A stretch of DNA of 64,000 nt from Eledone cirrhosa (GCA_964016885.1 OZ024764.1:23498001-23562000); one strand, 5' to 3'. Numbered from the stretch's first letter, positions 40,849 through 58,072 are shown. The notes: generated from the sequence alone by a model not told the origin. Made by a program: numbers and translations.

Positions 40849-43800
40849 CTGTATCAATATCAAACTCATTACATCATACTACTACAACAACAATTGTGTA
40901 GATCCATCATCCTTGCTAAAACTGGGGTTAACCTTGTAGGTTTTACCTATGACAGGGATCATAAACACCAGGTTTCCATTTTTGAAGCAGTGTCTCAAGA
41001 TTTTGTGTAAATTAAAGTTTTTCACATTAAACTTTGATTTATTATACTTTAACAGGTAAGATATATATTTGTATTTTTAGTAAAGGTTTGGAACTTCTGT
41101 AATTTAAACCTGCCAATTAAATGAAAACTTTTGTTGTTGCTAGTCAGACATTGATATTAATTCTATTGTCCTGTACATTGTCTCAAATATCACAGATTAA
41201 ACAGATTTTAACAATATCAACAGAAATCAATAACTTGTAAATCTAGCTTCCATTTTAACTATTTGATATTGTTGTTCCCCTCCTGTCTCTTCAGGTCTTT
41301 TAGATTTCAACTTCTATTTACTGGACTATTCCATCACCAAGGCAACATTCATCTGGCTGGCAGCTTACATCAACTACAAATCTCATCAGTGGTTCACAAC
41401 AGGCTGTCTGAAAGAAACTTGCAGATATCTTCTATGTCATAGCTATCAATATCCTCCTCCTTATCATATGTACCAGTCTCACAGTCCCTCTAGATCTTAT
41501 ATTTAAGAGGGAGATCTTTTACTGTCCCTACACTTTTATCAAGATAGTCTTGTACCACTCTCACAGTCCCTATAGATCTTATATTTAACAAGGAGATCTT
41601 TTACTACCTGTACCCTTTTCTCTAGGTTTTCTTGTACCTCTCTCACAGTCCCTCAAGATCTTATATTTCACAGGGAGATCTTTTACTGTCCATACCCTTT
41701 TCTCTAGGTTGTCTTGTACCTCTCACAGTCCCTGTAGATCTTATATTTAACAGGGAGATCTTTTACTGTCCCTACCCTTTTCTCTAGGTTGTCTTGTACC
41801 TCTCACAGTCCCTCTAGATCTTATATTTAACGGAGATCTTTTACTCTCCAACCCTTTTCTCTAGGTTGTCTTGTACCACCCTCACAGTCCCTGTAGATCT
41901 TATATTTAACAGGGAGATCTTTTACTCTCCAACCCTTCTATCTCCAGATAGTCTTGTATCTGTCAGTCCCTCTAGATCTTACACCTAGTATCTAGTCTAT
42001 GTTGAGTGGTACGTCCTTCTCCAGTAAAGGAGTTAATATTCCCAACCATCTGTCTATCCTGTTTTCTGATGAGAATGAAGTCAATCTAGTTTATCTCTTC
42101 ACCTGATTGAAGTAACTAGATGTTTTCCTGTAAGTTAGTGTTGCAGTGTTTGTGTCACCATGTAAGGTTTATATCTATTAATATAGAGATGTAGTAAAGT
42201 TTTCACTGTTGTATCTCTACTTTCTAAATATCTTAATAATGTTTCTCTACTATTTCAGAATATCACATGACCTTGACAGAAAAGAGTCTTTTAAAGACAA
42301 CAGAAAGATGTTACATACAAGTGATATAAACTTGTTTAGTCTGTGGTGAATTATGGTGAAATATTTCTTCTGAATTGAGATAAAAAACAACATTTTCCTT
42401 TTTCACTGTCTGGAATATTTACAAGATGATTTTACATTCTGATTAAACTTTGGATATTTACAAAGGAGTTTTCAAAATATTTGGATATTGACAAAGATCA
42501 CATTAGGGAATACTGTTATTGTGTGAAAGTTTTCTAAATCTTCTTCAGCCACTAACATGGAGAAGATATTTCAGTAAGAAGGTTCACATCCTGACATCTA
42601 TAGCTGTTAACAAGGAGATTGGAATTCATTATTAAACAAATGTTATATCATCATCACTGTTTAACATCAGTTTTTTCACGCTGGCATGGGTTAGACGAGT
42701 TATCCTGTTGTAAGCAAGGCCAGGTCAGGTGATCACGTGTTGCTCCTACAGAACAAATTTTGGATTGGTTTCTACAGCTGGATGCCCTTCCTAGCACCAA
42801 CCTTATTTACATTGAGTACTGGGTGCATTTTACCATCTCACCATCACGACCTCTTTACAGTGTGGGCTGGGTGCTTTTTGTTGTGACACCTACATAACCA
42901 CTTTACAGTGTGGGCTGGGTGCTTTTTGTAGTGACACCTACATGACCACTTTATAGTGTGGACTGGTTACTTTTTGTTGTGACACCAACATGACCATTTT
43001 AAAGTTTTGGCTGGGTACTTTTTGTTGTCACCTACATGACCACTTTACAGTGTGGGCTGGGTACTTTTTGCCGTGACACCTATGCGACCGCTTTACAGTG
43101 TGGGCTGGTTTCTTTTTGTCATATCACCTACATGACCACCTTATAGTGTTGGCTGTGTGTTATTTGCAGTGTGGGCTGGTTTCTTTTTGTCATATCACCT
43201 ACATGACCACCTTATAATGTTGACTGTGTGGGTTGGGTGCTTTTTCTCATATCTCCTACCCAACCACTTTGCAGTGTGGGCAGTGAAATATCAGTAATGC
43301 ACCAGCTCCAATATTCAGTAATCAGAAGAAGGGAGGTAGGCATAAAAGCCAAACTTGCTGTCTTCAATTAGGTTTTTGTGCCAACCCTTACCTATGGTCA
43401 CATATCTTGGGTAATGACCAAAAGAATATGATTGGGAATACAAATGGCAGATATGGGATTCCTCTGAAGGGTCTTTGAAGGAACGTTTCTCAATAAAGTG
43501 CATAGCTCTGAGATCAGAGAGTCACTCCAGGTGGAGCTGTTACTTCTCCGAATTGAGAGATCACAGCTGCAATACTATGGCTATGTGGTTAGAATGTCTG
43601 AGGAAAGAATCACTGGATAGATTTTACAGGCTAAACTAACCGGCAGGAGACCCAGGGGTAGACCTGAGCAAGATGGTCACATAACATCCATGAGCTTGGC
43701 TGGTCTCTCTGGGAGATCCAGCCACATAAGTTGGAGTGGGTTGCTTCTGACAGGACCTGTTGGAGGGAGTGTTTGAGGACTCTGCCCTCAAGACCCTCTC

Positions 43801-44103
43801 TGGAATAAGAAGAGGTTGAGGTTACAAAATCAACATCAGATTTCCCTGCTAGCAAGGGTTTAATGAGTCTACTTCAACCAAGTAAGTACTGAAGTGAGGC
43901 TACTGATCTCTAGACAGACCAAGGATCTGAGACTTATTTACATAAGGTCTCATTTGCTACTGAGTGCACAGAAAAGGTTGTCATGTCTTTGTCATGATTG
44001 AAGGGTTCTCCGACACTATTGTTGGGCAAGCTTTCTATGGCTAGATGTCCTTCACATGACCAACCACATTACAGCCTGTGTTGGGTGTGTTTATCATGTA
44101 GGT

Positions 44104-46000
44104 GAGGCATAACAAACTGAGGGTTGCCCAAGGTCCACATAGGTCACATGTGTTGTCTGAGGGTTGCACACTGCAACTAATTATGTACACAACAACTAAT
44201 TAAAGTCATTTAATAAAATATATTGCAGAGAGATTTGTTACTTAAATTTAGAAACATACAATGTACATACAAATGTTTTAGCAGCATTCATGAATACAAA
44301 ATTAATGAAGTAGTTTGACAAAAAACTAAAATTTCACATGTCAACATATACTTGCAGATTGTAACAGCAACAAATACATTGTACACAAATAACAACAGTT
44401 GAAAACTGAACATTTATTTGCTACTATTCAACCATTTTTAGTGTTTTGTCCTGAAGCTTGACACTTCTTTCTGTTGACTATTTTAGGTATATCTGGCTGA
44501 AATGTCTGTACAGTTCCAACTTTAATCAGATGACAAGTGTTGATCAGTCAGCCTTGTTCTCTGAGAAGTTTTTGTTAATTTCATGAAGGAAAATAACTGT
44601 CCACTCACATAGGCAGAACCAAACATTGCCATAATCTTTGTGACGAACTTTCTGATGTTAATAAACTTTTCAGAAAGGTATGAAAAGAAACCAGGTATCC
44701 CCACTACAAGATACTTTGTTCTGAGTGTAGAATCTAAACTGCATTTCCAATAGTCCCATCTGCAGGCGTTCTTCTGCCTTCATCAAAGGTGAATGGTGCT
44801 GAGAATAATGTAAACTGATGTTCAAAAAATGAGAAATCACAAAATCTTTCCTGAAATTAATTTAACAACAATTCCAGGTGACTGTCATACTTAGCTAAGC
44901 TAAGCTAAATACAGACTCAGTATTGGCAGTGTTTTTCAGTTCTTTGCACATAGGGAAATGAACTAAATTTTCAGCTGACAACGGAGATTTCCATAAGCTT
45001 AGATTTCTAATGAAGCACTTGATGTCATCATTCAACTGATTGATGGGTTTGTCTTTACCTTGTAATTTCAAGTTAAGATCAGTTAATTGTGCAGTAATAT
45101 CCACAGCAAAAATCAGGTGTTGGAGCCAACTTTCATCTTTTATTTCATCTGTGTTTTAACCTTTTATCTCCAAAAACACAATTATTTCTTGTCTCAACAA
45201 ATAGCATCTTTTCAGCACTTTGTCACATGTCAACCAGCAGACTTCTGTGTAGAATGGAACATCGGTGAACTGATTATCCATATCTTCTAATAGAAACATG
45301 TTCAAACCTTGATGATACAGCCTTTAACTGTTGTTTCAGATCACCTGACGTTTCATTAATCTGTTGGCAACAGTATTCCTGGTTAATGAAATGTCTTTGA
45401 ATAACTCTGCTTTCTCTGGAAAATATCAGCTGTTTTTACAAGACATTGCTTGCAGTAACGGAAGCTTGCAGTAACGGAAGTGACATTCTCTTCCTGGATT
45501 AACATAAAACAGGTCTGTTGCTGTGTCAAGTTAGACTTCAATTCCTTGATTCTTGAACCACACATTGGGCCTTCATATTTATCGTAAGAACGAGGGTTTG
45601 TTTCATGATGTCTTTTTGAATTGTACTCTTTTGGCCTGGCGATGTAGTTGTTGCAAATTAAACAGTATATCTTTCTGTTCACCATTGGACAAAAATACTG
45701 TAATCCCACTTTTCTTGAAACACTTGCCCTTCTTCGTTCAATTTCCTTTTTCTCTTAGCTGGAGGAGCACTAACCATTTCAAAAACGAAATCTTTTGAAA
45801 TTTTGAAAGAAAGTTTTCTGTTAATGAGCTGCACGTGATTAATGGAAGTTAAAAGTAGTTGACAAAATTTGCAAAAAAAAAATAATTGTATCGAAAATGT
45901 TTTAAATTTTATATTACGAAAATGAAACATGCTCGCACTGTAAAAACCTTAGTGTGGGCCGCAGGTTTGCTAGCAAAGGGCTGCATGTCTGACATGTCTG
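44104..46000 (-). mobile_element. hAT fossil, unit 3
   Basis: TSD ATGTAGGT at 44096 and 46001; shares an internal deletion with unit 1. Confidence 0.88.
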
Positions 46001-48013
46001 ATGTAGGTTACCAACACTAGGGAGGGCAGCATGTCCTTCAGTGTGTTCTGCTACATTAACTACCTGGAGGTCACCACATGACACAAAGACTACATTTCAA
46101 AGAAGGGTCATAAAAGAACTAAATACGAAAGTACCCACAGCAACAAGCAAATAATTGAACTTTGGGTCTAGGTCAAGTTGCAGAAGTGCTGCGCCCTGTG
46201 GATAAGACTGCAAAAGTATTCGCCCCGGGCGATGGACAGTGACACCCACTGCAACAGCCACCCCAACCTCATGGGACTCCCTCTTCAGAAGGGCCACCAA
46301 CGTTCTGATCTTACAGAGGAGCTTGGCAGTACGGGGTCCAAGTACTTCTGAGGTCTCGATGGTGACCGGTGTGAAGAGACCTACAATTGATGTCATCCCA
46401 GTTATGCTGGACTGTAATATACTGGGGTATAGAGAGGCCTTAACCTGTCTCAGCCGGGTTAAGGGTTGTGTCATCTAGGTACCAGACAGGGGGAACTAGA
46501 CCATGTTGTCAACTGTCAGCACCAATAGGAGTGAGGCGAGTGGGTCCCCTTGCTAGACACCATATATAAAAACGTATTTGCTAATTACTTTAATGAATAA
46601 TTTGTTTCATACGTAATTATTACTTTTAACACAATAGGATTTTGTACACGTGTTTGTTTGAAAACATCTTTCAAAGAAGTATGAGACAGTCTTTTGTAGT
46701 GTTTATTATAATAAATTACTGTATGTTGAGCTGTTTTAACTTCTCCACCTTCCATTATTTTATATTGTTTTTGTAAAAAAACGATATCTTTTTCATATAT
46801 ATATATGAAGGCGTGTGGCTGAGTGGTTAGAGAATTGGATTCGGAGTTGTGAGGTTGTGAGTTCGATTCTCAGAATGGGCGATGCGTTATGTCCTTGAGC
46901 AAGACATTTTATTTCACGTTGCTCCTTCTACCTGGAGTTGCAACCGATAGATAGTATTAGCAATTGGAAAGACCAATGGAAACATTGTTTCCTCGGTCCG
47001 ATTTGACGAAAAGTTGATCATAAAAAATATATAGAGAGAGAGAGAGAGAAACACACAAACATACACTACTGTATTACATATGTAAAGGGAGATAACTCTC
47101 GTTACATCCCTCCTTCTTTTTGATATACGTACTTTAAATACTTTGTTCAATGGAATCTGCTTTATTTTGTCCTAAGTAGATTTCTGTTTAAGTATTTACG
47201 AGATTCACAATGATTCACGTAACCAAGTTACTTACATAGAGATATATTTCACATAGAATCACAACAAATGATAATATTAAGTCAACACTCTGTCAATCAG
47301 TCTCACATCACATGGGGTGCCGGAGTCTCCCTCTAATACTTTCTGAGACAGTCTTACCTCGAGTGATAGCAAGGCTAAGATGTTGGAACTACCAAACACC
47401 CTCATATGTATCACCTGACACCTCGGTAAGGAGAGCTGCCAACGATAACAAGAACCTCGTTGTCAGGGACCTATCTCCTCCAAACTTCTCCAACACCACA
47501 GACTAGAATATTCTACTCTTTATTCCCTATCAAATATATTTCAGTCTAGTCATTTATCTTGTATCTTGTATATGTATTTTCAAAACTAACTGTCACATTT
47601 GTGAGACCCCAGTTAGTGATGTTTTCGTCTCCCTCCCACATCCTACATGCTGTAGTAAAAGTGAGGGTCACTGCTTCTGTAGACGAACAAAATAAAAGTT
47701 AAACTACCAGTAACTATCGGCAAAGTATTTATTCCAGTCTGTGATGTCTGAGAAGCTGGGCTGCTGACAACGAAGTTGTGGTCACTGTTGGCGGCTGGCT
47801 TTACCGAAGTACCCGATGACTCTTGTGAGGATACTTAGCTGTTCTGGCAACTTAGCCCCCATATGACCCGATCTTACCGAGATACACGGTGATCTCTGTA
47901 AGCGTACTTAGCTGTTCTATTTTAATTACATTTACTGATTTAAACTTCATTTTTTTTATTACAAACTTTACAGAATTTAATTCCGTAAAAATATTTAACG
48001 TCACAAAAAAACA

Positions 48014-48128
48014 TTGAAGCATGCGCAGTGGTGCAGTTGTCGACTTCCTGTCCACGTGTTAGTCTTCCTACAACATCATTTAGACAACATTTCTGTAAAT
48101 ACTAAACACCTGAGACTATAATGTAAGT
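48014..48128 (+). promoter_or_regulatory. Putative ZNF promoter and exon 1 with donor (unit 4)
   Basis: GCATGCGCA, ACTTCCTGT, CACGTG, then GTAAGT at 48123. Matching acceptor ends at 52998. Confidence 0.55.
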
Positions 48129-49742
48129 ATTATGTCTATTAATATTGTAGATTTAAGCTCACTTTTCACATCACAAATATATATTTTCTTGTTTGTTTCA
48201 TTACTGGAAATATAAAATGTTATCGTAATTATCTATATTTTACCTACCTCTAATTAATTAAAGTGAAAACTTTTGTTGTTGCTGAAAAATAAATTAACAA
48301 AACTAAATATTTAAATATTCTAAAGGTCGTTTTTATATTATGTGATGATATAATTAATATATTTTATTACAATTGTATAAATTTACAGTAGAATAACGTT
48401 GTAAATATGTTTTAAATATATACATAAATAACATAAGTGTGTAAATAACATTATAAATTGCTGGCAATTCCTTGAGAAAGACATTACAAATATATTGTCT
48501 AAACTGTGTATAATAATATAATTTATTGAACGATAATGATAAAGGAAAGAAAAACACAGTGGGAGATGGCAATTCACCACCAAGTGTGATAATAGAACAC
48601 ACCTCACCTTAGGGGTTAACTACACACTTTGAGGCAAGCCAACACACTGGCAGCATTACTAAGGTGTTGAAATAACCAGGTACCCTCACGAGTATCACCT
48701 GACACCTCGGTAAGGTGAGGCTAAGGGGCTGAAATAACCAGGTACCCTCACGGGTATCACCTGACACCTTGGTAAGGTGAGTCTAAGGGGCTGAAATAAC
48801 TAGGTACCCTCACTGAAATGACTAGATTTGTAGAAAAAGTAGGGTGAAAGTATACGAAGAGATGTAGTTTCACAGATCTACTCACACCTCACGTTGGGTG
48901 GGAAATAATTATTTTTCTTAGATTTTTTTCTAGACCCCTTTTCAATATTTTCTCTGAACCCCTTAGATACTTGCAATAGACGTTTTATTCCCCAGTATTA
49001 GGGTTAGGGTTTCCGTTTTCAGGAAGAAAAGTCGATTGCAAACATCTAAGCGGTCGAGAAAAATAACAAGGAAAGATAATTATTTCTCAGCCAACTGGAG
49101 AAGTGTGTAGCTCTTCTAAACTCTGATAATCCTGTTTCCCACTTCTTTATCTACAAAGCTAGTCGTTTCCTGCTACTTTGAAGACCCTATTTAATGATAA
49201 CACCACTTGTAAATCTTTGTCAACTTTTCATACGTAAATTGTGAATCAGTTATTTTTAAACAAACTATCAAAGAAGTGATCTCACAGTAACTGTGTTTGA
49301 TTTAATCAACTTATTTCCCCCAAACATTGTCGACCTTGTGTCTCAATCAGAAACTATTATAAGATCTTAAATCAACCTCGTAAAGATGAAGGGCAAAGCT
49401 AACCTCGGCGGGATTTCAACCCTTTGTTATGAGTTCAAATCCCACCAAAGTTAACTTTGTCTTTCATTCTAAAGGAGTGGATAAATTAAAGTTCCAGTAA
49501 TCTACTGGGGTCTGAGATATTAAGGTTTCAGTAGATTCTATCTTTTTGTGTGTTTGTATTTATAATCTTACTAGAAACCCTGTGACCTGTTGGGTCACGT
49601 TCCCTTTAAAAATAATATTTAAATAATTAAAATGTACACAGACATGTATATAATGTAAAATGAAATTAGTAGGCCGATGTATATATATATATATATATAA
49701 TAATTTCATTATTATTATTATATATATATATATGCGTGTGTG

Positions 49743-49790
<48 letters not shown>

Positions 49791-50619
49791 CACACGTCAC
49801 TTGTTCTAATTTTATAACTTTGTTCAACAGCACCACCAGCTATCTCTCTCACACACACCCATTATCTTTCTCTCTCTATTTATAAAGGTACCAGAAAAAC
49901 CCCATATCTCGGGAACCTGTACATTGATTTACGTGAAACTTATTTTATCCCATTTGTATTCCCATTTCAGGGTCAACTTCCTTTCAAACTATTTTCCCAT
50001 TATACCCCGTTTTGGCTGTATTACATTACAGATAAGACACAATCACAGAGTTTTAGGTTTATAATGTTATAGTATCATGATAGGGTAATACAGTTATTTA
50101 TAGACCTGTGGTAAATGTTGGTTCAGTCCACCCTGGGGGGTGTAAGTGTTGGTTCAGTCTACCCTGAGGGGTGTCAGTGTTGGTCAATGATAACCTTTAT
50201 AACTAGAGGCCTGTTGGTGAGGACAAGCTGGAAGTGATGACATCTTTCTGCTACCTGTGTGACATGTCAGCTGGAAGTGGAGCCAAGTTCACTGCCATCG
50301 TGCTGTGCCACTCCACAGGTAACAAGTTTAGGCAGCTTCTCCTAATCCTCAAGACATGCTGGCTACCATTAGACACCATGGGGCAGGTTTATAACACCTG
50401 TGGGAGAAGTGTGTTGTTTCATGCCAGCGAGACCTGGGCCATGTTATCTGACTGTCTGAATTGACTCTGAAGAAATGACAGAGCTATGATCCACTGGATG
50501 TGTAGTGTGACCATTGAGGATGATGTCAGCTCAACTGAGCTCCTAAAAAAACTGCTGATCGACAACCTCAAGGATGTGTTTCACAGGAGACACATGCACT
50601 GGTATGGCCATGTTGTGCA

Positions 50620-52625
50620 TTCTCTCTCAACTCATCTATGCTTGGTCGTTGAGGCACATTGACATTGCACATCCAACGGAGCATACGTGCTTCATTTTTC
50701 TCCAGCCGTTGCATATCCTCTGCAGTTGCTGTCCGTGTCTCACTACCGTGCAGCATCACACATCTCATGCAGGCATCACCAGCCATTCGTTCTTAGAGAG
50801 AAACCCTTCTTTGTCAACAGAGGAAGCAGCTCCCTAAACTTCTTCCAACCCGTCCTTATTCTAGATACTATGGCCTCTGGGCACCCTCCTCCCATGCTAA
50901 TTTGATCACCTAGATACCGGAAGCTATCAACCACTTCTATAGAACCTACCTGCATTTGAAAAATGTGTCTATCACTGCGACTTCTACCGTCAAATTTCCC
51001 TGTACATCTACTGCATATGTAGTTTTCCATACCTGTTAGTTTGCCTGCTATCCCACTACATTTCTTGTGTACCCAAAATCTGCATTGTGTACATTATAGA
51101 ATTTATGCCAGTTCCTTTTCTACATATTGAACAAGGCCATTTCCCTGATGGAATGACAGTTTTGTCCTCACTAAACTCCAGTTTTGTTCCTCTCTAAACT
51201 CCATGCCTACCCTCACTTTACTGACAGCCTCTCTATACATAGCTTGCACTGTCCTCACAAACTATTCCTCTACACCTAGTTTCCTTAGGGACCACCAGAT
51301 GACAGATTGGGGTACTCTATCAAAGGCCTTCTCTAGGTCAACAAAAACTAAGTATAGTGGTTTTCTTCTTTAAGAACCTCTCTTGTAGTTGTCTCACTGA
51401 GAAGAGGGCATCTGATTGACTCTTTCTCTAAGTTGCGCTAGTATTCTTTCTGTCACTTTCATAACCTGATCCATCAGTTTTATACCCCTATAATTACTCC
51501 CCTCCAGAACATCCCCTTTACCTTTACCTCAATTTATGAGAATACTGCTGCACCAGTCTTTGGGTATGACACCACCATATATAGCTTCATTAATGATGCA
51601 TTCAACCAGTTTAATTCCTACTTCTCTTGATGCCTTCAGCATCTCAGCAACTATCCCCAACAGTCCAGCGGACTTACCATTTTTCATTTCCTTAATTGGA
51701 CCCTATAGTCATCAATCTCAATAGCTGGTCCTTCTGTTGGGTCTACTGAAGGTAGCTCCCCTCCTATTCATTCTCCACATTCATCAGTCTCTCATAATGA
51801 CATTTCCAGGCCTTCTTTTTTTTGAGAATCAGTGACACTAAGTGCACCAACATCCTGATTTACACTGACACACTGCCTTGCAATGTGGATCACCGCACAT
51901 CTCTGATCTCCCCATCGCAGGACATTGGCAAACCTTCTACTCTCAGCTTCCCTGCATGTTAAGTAGGCCTGACATCTAGCTTCTCTCTTAGCGGCTGTGA
52001 ATCGGTTTCTACCCCTACCATTTTTCCAAGCCTTTTGTCTCTAATGGCTCTATCTACCGTGCTGTTCCACCACCAGGCCACCCTCTGTCTGGTTGGAGCT
52101 CTGCTCCAGCCACAAGTTTCTTCAGTAACCTGCAGTAAGTTGTCACGTAAGAAATTCCAGTTATCATCTATGGCATATGACTCTAAATCGTCTTCTTTTT
52201 CGTCATACACATCTTGAAGGGCTTTCCTAAATTTATATTTTAGTGAAAGGTCTTTTAGTTTCCAGTCCTTCCTTTTTCAAACCTTCTTGTATGTCTCTCT
52301 TTGTCTCTTGCTTACTGAGATGTCACTAACGACTAACCTATGTTGGGGGGTTACATTGTTCCCTGGGGTATGCCTTAGTATTTGACACCATCTGTCTGTC
52401 TTGCTACTTAACTAGCAAGAAGTCAATCTGTCTCATGTGCTCACCTGATTGGTAGGTTTCTTAAAGTGTTGCAAATGGTTAGTTCACTTGCATCACAAAA
52501 TACAAGAAGCCTCACTCTTTCTTCGTTTCTTGAGCCATAACCATGACCACCATGTACCCCAGTATATCCATCCTGGAACTGTCCAACATGACCATTGAAG
52601 TCCCCTGCTATTATAACTAGGTCTC
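50620..52625 (-). mobile_element. Decayed RTE LINE, unit-4 duplicate
   Basis: Colinear with 20592-22865, with extra deletions. Confidence 0.85.
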
Positions 52626-53191
52626 AAAATCTCATAGATTTGATATTATGAGAGATAAAGCATTTACTGTGAAAATATAATAGTATATATACAGTAATGT
52701 GAATACTAAAGGGTTAATCTGATGTCACTAATAACTACTTTTATCTGTCAGTTTATTCTAATGTCACTAATAACTACTTTTATCAGTCAGTTTAATCTAA
52801 TGTCACTAATAACTACTTTTATCAGTCAGTATAATCTACTACCACTAATAACTAACCTATGTTAGTCAGCACATTCTTCACCAAAGAAGGCCTTAGTATT
52901 TATTACAGTCCATTTATCAATATAGAAATATTATAGGAAATTTGTACTGATGTATTACAAGTTTCTGAGTATCTTATAATGTTCTTTTATTATTTCAGAA
53001 TACCAGAGGACATTGGCATTAAAGAGCACGTTACATCAGACATATCCTCAACATTAACCATTTCTAATGAAAGACACTAACCATCATTTTCAAATAATTT
53101 TGAAAACACTCAACACTTTGAAGTGATTTAGTAATATAACTAAATTTCTCAGTATTAAGATGTGAATTATGTGAGAAACTGAGGTGATTGA

Positions 53192-54241
<1,050 letters not shown>

Positions 54242-55184
54242 CTGTGTCAATATCAAACTCATTACATCATACTACAACAACAATTGTGTAGATCCATCAT
54301 TCTTGCTAAAACTGGGGTCAACCTTGTAGGTTTTACCTAGGACAGGGATCATAAAACCAGTTTTCCATTTTTGAAGCAGTGTTTGAAGATTTTGTGTAAA
54401 TTAAAGTTTTTCTCTTTAAACTTTCATTTATTATACTTTAACAGGTAAGATATATATTTGTATTTTTAGTAAAGGTTGGGAACTTCTGTAATTTAAACCT
54501 GCCAATAAAATGAAAACTTTTGTTGTTAGTCAGACATTGATATTAATTCTATTGTCCTGTACATTGTCTCAAATATCACAGATTAAACAGATTTTAACAA
54601 TAACAACAGAAATCAATAACTTGTAAGCCTAATATCTAGCTTCCATTTTAACTATTTGATATTGTTGTTCCTCTCCTGCCTCTTCAGGTCTTTTAGATTT
54701 CAACTTCTATCTACTGTACTATTCCATCACCAAGGCAACATTCATCTGGCTGGCAGCTTACATCAACTACAGATCTCCAACCCTTCTTTCTCCAGATAGT
54801 CTTGTATCTGTCAGTGCCTCTATATCTTATATTTAACAGGGAGATCTTTTACTCTCCAACCCTTCTTTCTCCAGATAGTCTTGTATCTGTCAGTCCCTCT
54901 AGATATTACACCTAGTATCTAGTCTATGTTGAGTGGTACGTCCTCCTCCAGTAAAGGAGTTAATATTCCCAACCATCTGTCTATTCTGTTTTCTGATGAG
55001 AATGAAGTCAATCTAGTTTATCTCTTCACCTGATTGAAGTAACTAGATCAATTAACTAGATGCTTTCCTGTAAGTTAGTGTTGCAGTGTAAGGTTTATAT
55101 CTATTAATATAGAGATGTAGTAAAGTTTTCACTGTTGTATCTCTACTTTCTAAATATCTTAATAATGTTTCTCTACTATTTCAG

Positions 55185-55569
55185 AATATCACATGACCTT
55201 GACAGAAAAGAGTCTTTTAAAGACAACAGAAAGATGTTACATACAAGTGATATAAACTTGTTTAGTCTGTGGTGAATTATGGTGAAATATTTCTTCTGAA
55301 TTGAGATAAATAACAACATTTTCCTTTTTCACTGTCTGGAATATTTACAAGATGATTTTACATTCTGATTAAACTTTGGATATTTGCAAAGGAGTTTTAA
55401 AAATATTTGGATATTGACAAAGATCACATTTGGTAAAATTATGAACAATAGAAATATTTACATCAACATAGGAATATTTTCCAGAAGAGATGGGAAAATC
55501 ATTATACCACTGTAATATTTGTGGTAAAGTATTCTCTCTTCTTTATATGTAGAACTTCTAACTAAACAC
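55185..55569 (+). pseudogene. Relic ZNF exon copy (unit-3 copy at 42259-42503 is truncated before the finger)
   Basis: Near-identical to 6487-6870; ATG at 55490. Confidence 0.7.
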
Positions 55570-58072
55570 TTTAACTAACAAACTATTGTGCTATAGAATT
55601 GACAAACTTGAGGAATCTTTAATAAATGTTACAAATTTTTCCAAACTGTCATTTACTAACTTTAATTTGAAGCTATATTATCTATATACCACTAAAACTC
55701 TGTGATTGTGTCTTGTCCGTAATTTAATACAGCTAAAACAGTGCATAATGGGGAAATACTTTGAAAAGAATAAAACAAGTTTTGTATAAAATGGAGCACA
55801 GGTTCCCAAAATACGGGGTTTTCTGGGTACCTTCATAAATATAGGGAGAGAAAGAGATAGTGGTTGTGAGAGTGAGGAGACAGATGGAAGAGGGAGGGAG
55901 AGAGAGAGAGCTGCTGGTGTTGTTTAATAAAATGTGTGCGTATATATATATACATATGTGTCTATATATATATATATGTCTGTATATTTTAACTACTTGA
56001 AAATTATTTTTAAGTGAACATGATTTTAAAATAATAGTTTTAAGGGAACGTGACCCAACAGGTCGCGGGTGGTCTAGTTTGTTACTAAATACTAGATATT
56101 AGAGGGTCATGTTGTTCTAGATGTGCTGGAAGAGCCATTCCATCTCGTGAGGCTCACACCAGCAGCTAGCCACCTCAGCACCTATGGTGGTATATTTATT
56201 ATATTATTTATTCTTTATCATTAACATTAATATAAAAGATAATTATATATTTTTAGAGAAGAACCTCTAATTTTATATATCTTAGGGCTTCAGTAGGTAA
56301 AAGTCTGCCCCTGCTTGTCTTGTATTTTTTAGGGGAGAAGTTAGGGAATACTGTTATTGTGTGAAAGTTTTCTAAATCTTCTTCAGCCACTAACATGGAG
56401 AAGATATTTCAGTAAGAAGGTTCACGTCCTGACATCTATAGCTGTTAACAATGAGATTGGAATTCATTATTAAACAAATGTTATATCATCATCACTGTTT
56501 TACATCAGTTTTTCCACACTGGCATGGGTTAGACGAGTTATCCTGTTGTAAGCAATGCCAGGTCAGGTGACCACATGTTGCTCCTACAGAACAAATTTTG
56601 GATTGGTTTCTACAGCTGGATGCCCTTCCTAGCACCAACCTTATTTACATTGAGTACTGGGTGCATTTTACCATCTTACCATCACCACCGCTTTACAGTG
56701 TGTGCTGGGTGCTTTTTGTTGTGACACCTACATGACCAATTTACAGTGTGGGCTGGGTGCTTTTTGTTGTGACACCTACATGACCACTTTACAGTTTGGA
56801 CTGGGTGCTTTTTGTCGTGAAACCTACATGACCACTTTATAGTGTGGACTGGGTACTTTTTGTTTTGACACCAACATGACCATTTTAAAGTTTTGGCTGG
56901 GTACTTTTTGTTGTCACCTACATGACCACTTTACAGTGTGGGCTGGGAGCTTTTTGCTGTGACACCTACGCAACCGCTTTATAGTGTGGGCTGGTTTCTT
57001 TTTGTCATATCACCTACATGACCAGTTTATAGTATTGGCTGTGTGTTCTTTACAGTGTGTGCTGGTTTCTTTTTGTCATATCACCTACATGACCACCTTA
57101 TAATGTTTACTGTGTGTTCTTTGCAGTGTGGGTTGGGTGCTTTTTGTCATATCACCTACATGACCAGTTTATTGTATTGGCTGTGTGTTCTCTACAGTGT
57201 GGGTTGGGTGCTTTTTGTCATATCACCTACCCAACCACTTTGCAGTGTGGGCAGTGAAATATCAGTAATGCACCAGCTCCAATATTCAGTAATCAGAAGA
57301 AGGGAGGTAGGCATAAAAGCCAAACTTGCTGTCTTCAATTAGGTTTTTGTGCCAACCCTTACCTATGGTCACATATCTTGGGTAATGACCAAAAGAATAT
57401 GATTGGGAATACAAATGGCAGATATGGGATTCCTCTGAAGGGTCTTTGAAGGAACTTTTCTCAATAAAGTGCATAGCTCTGAGATCAGAGAGTCACTCCA
57501 GGTGGAGCTGTTACTTCTCCGAATTGAGAGATCACAGCTGCAATACTATGGCCATGTGGTTAGAATGTCTGAGGAAAAATCACTGGATAGATTTTACAGG
57601 CAAAACTAACCGGCAGGAGACCCAGGGGTAGACCTGAGCAAGATAGTCACATAACATCCATGAGCTTGGCTGGTCTCTCTGGGAGATCCAGCCAGACCAG
57701 TTGGAGTGGGTTGCTTCTGACAGGACCTGTTGGAGGGAGTGTTTGAGGACTGCCCCCAAGACACTCTCTGGAATAAGAAGAGCTTGAGGTTGCAAAATCA
57801 ACATCAGATTTCCCTGCTAGCAAGGGTTTAATGAGTCTACTTCAACCAAGTAAGTACTGAAGTGAGGCTACTGATCTCCCAGACAGACCAAGGATCTGAG
57901 ATTTATTTACATAAGGTCTCATTTGCTACTGAGTGCACAGAAAAGGTTGTCATGTCTTTGTCATGATTGAAGGGTTCTCCGACACTATTGTCGGGCAAGC
58001 TTTCTATGGCTAGATGTCCTTCACATGACCAACCACATTACAGCCTGTGTTGGGTGTGTTTATCATGTAGGT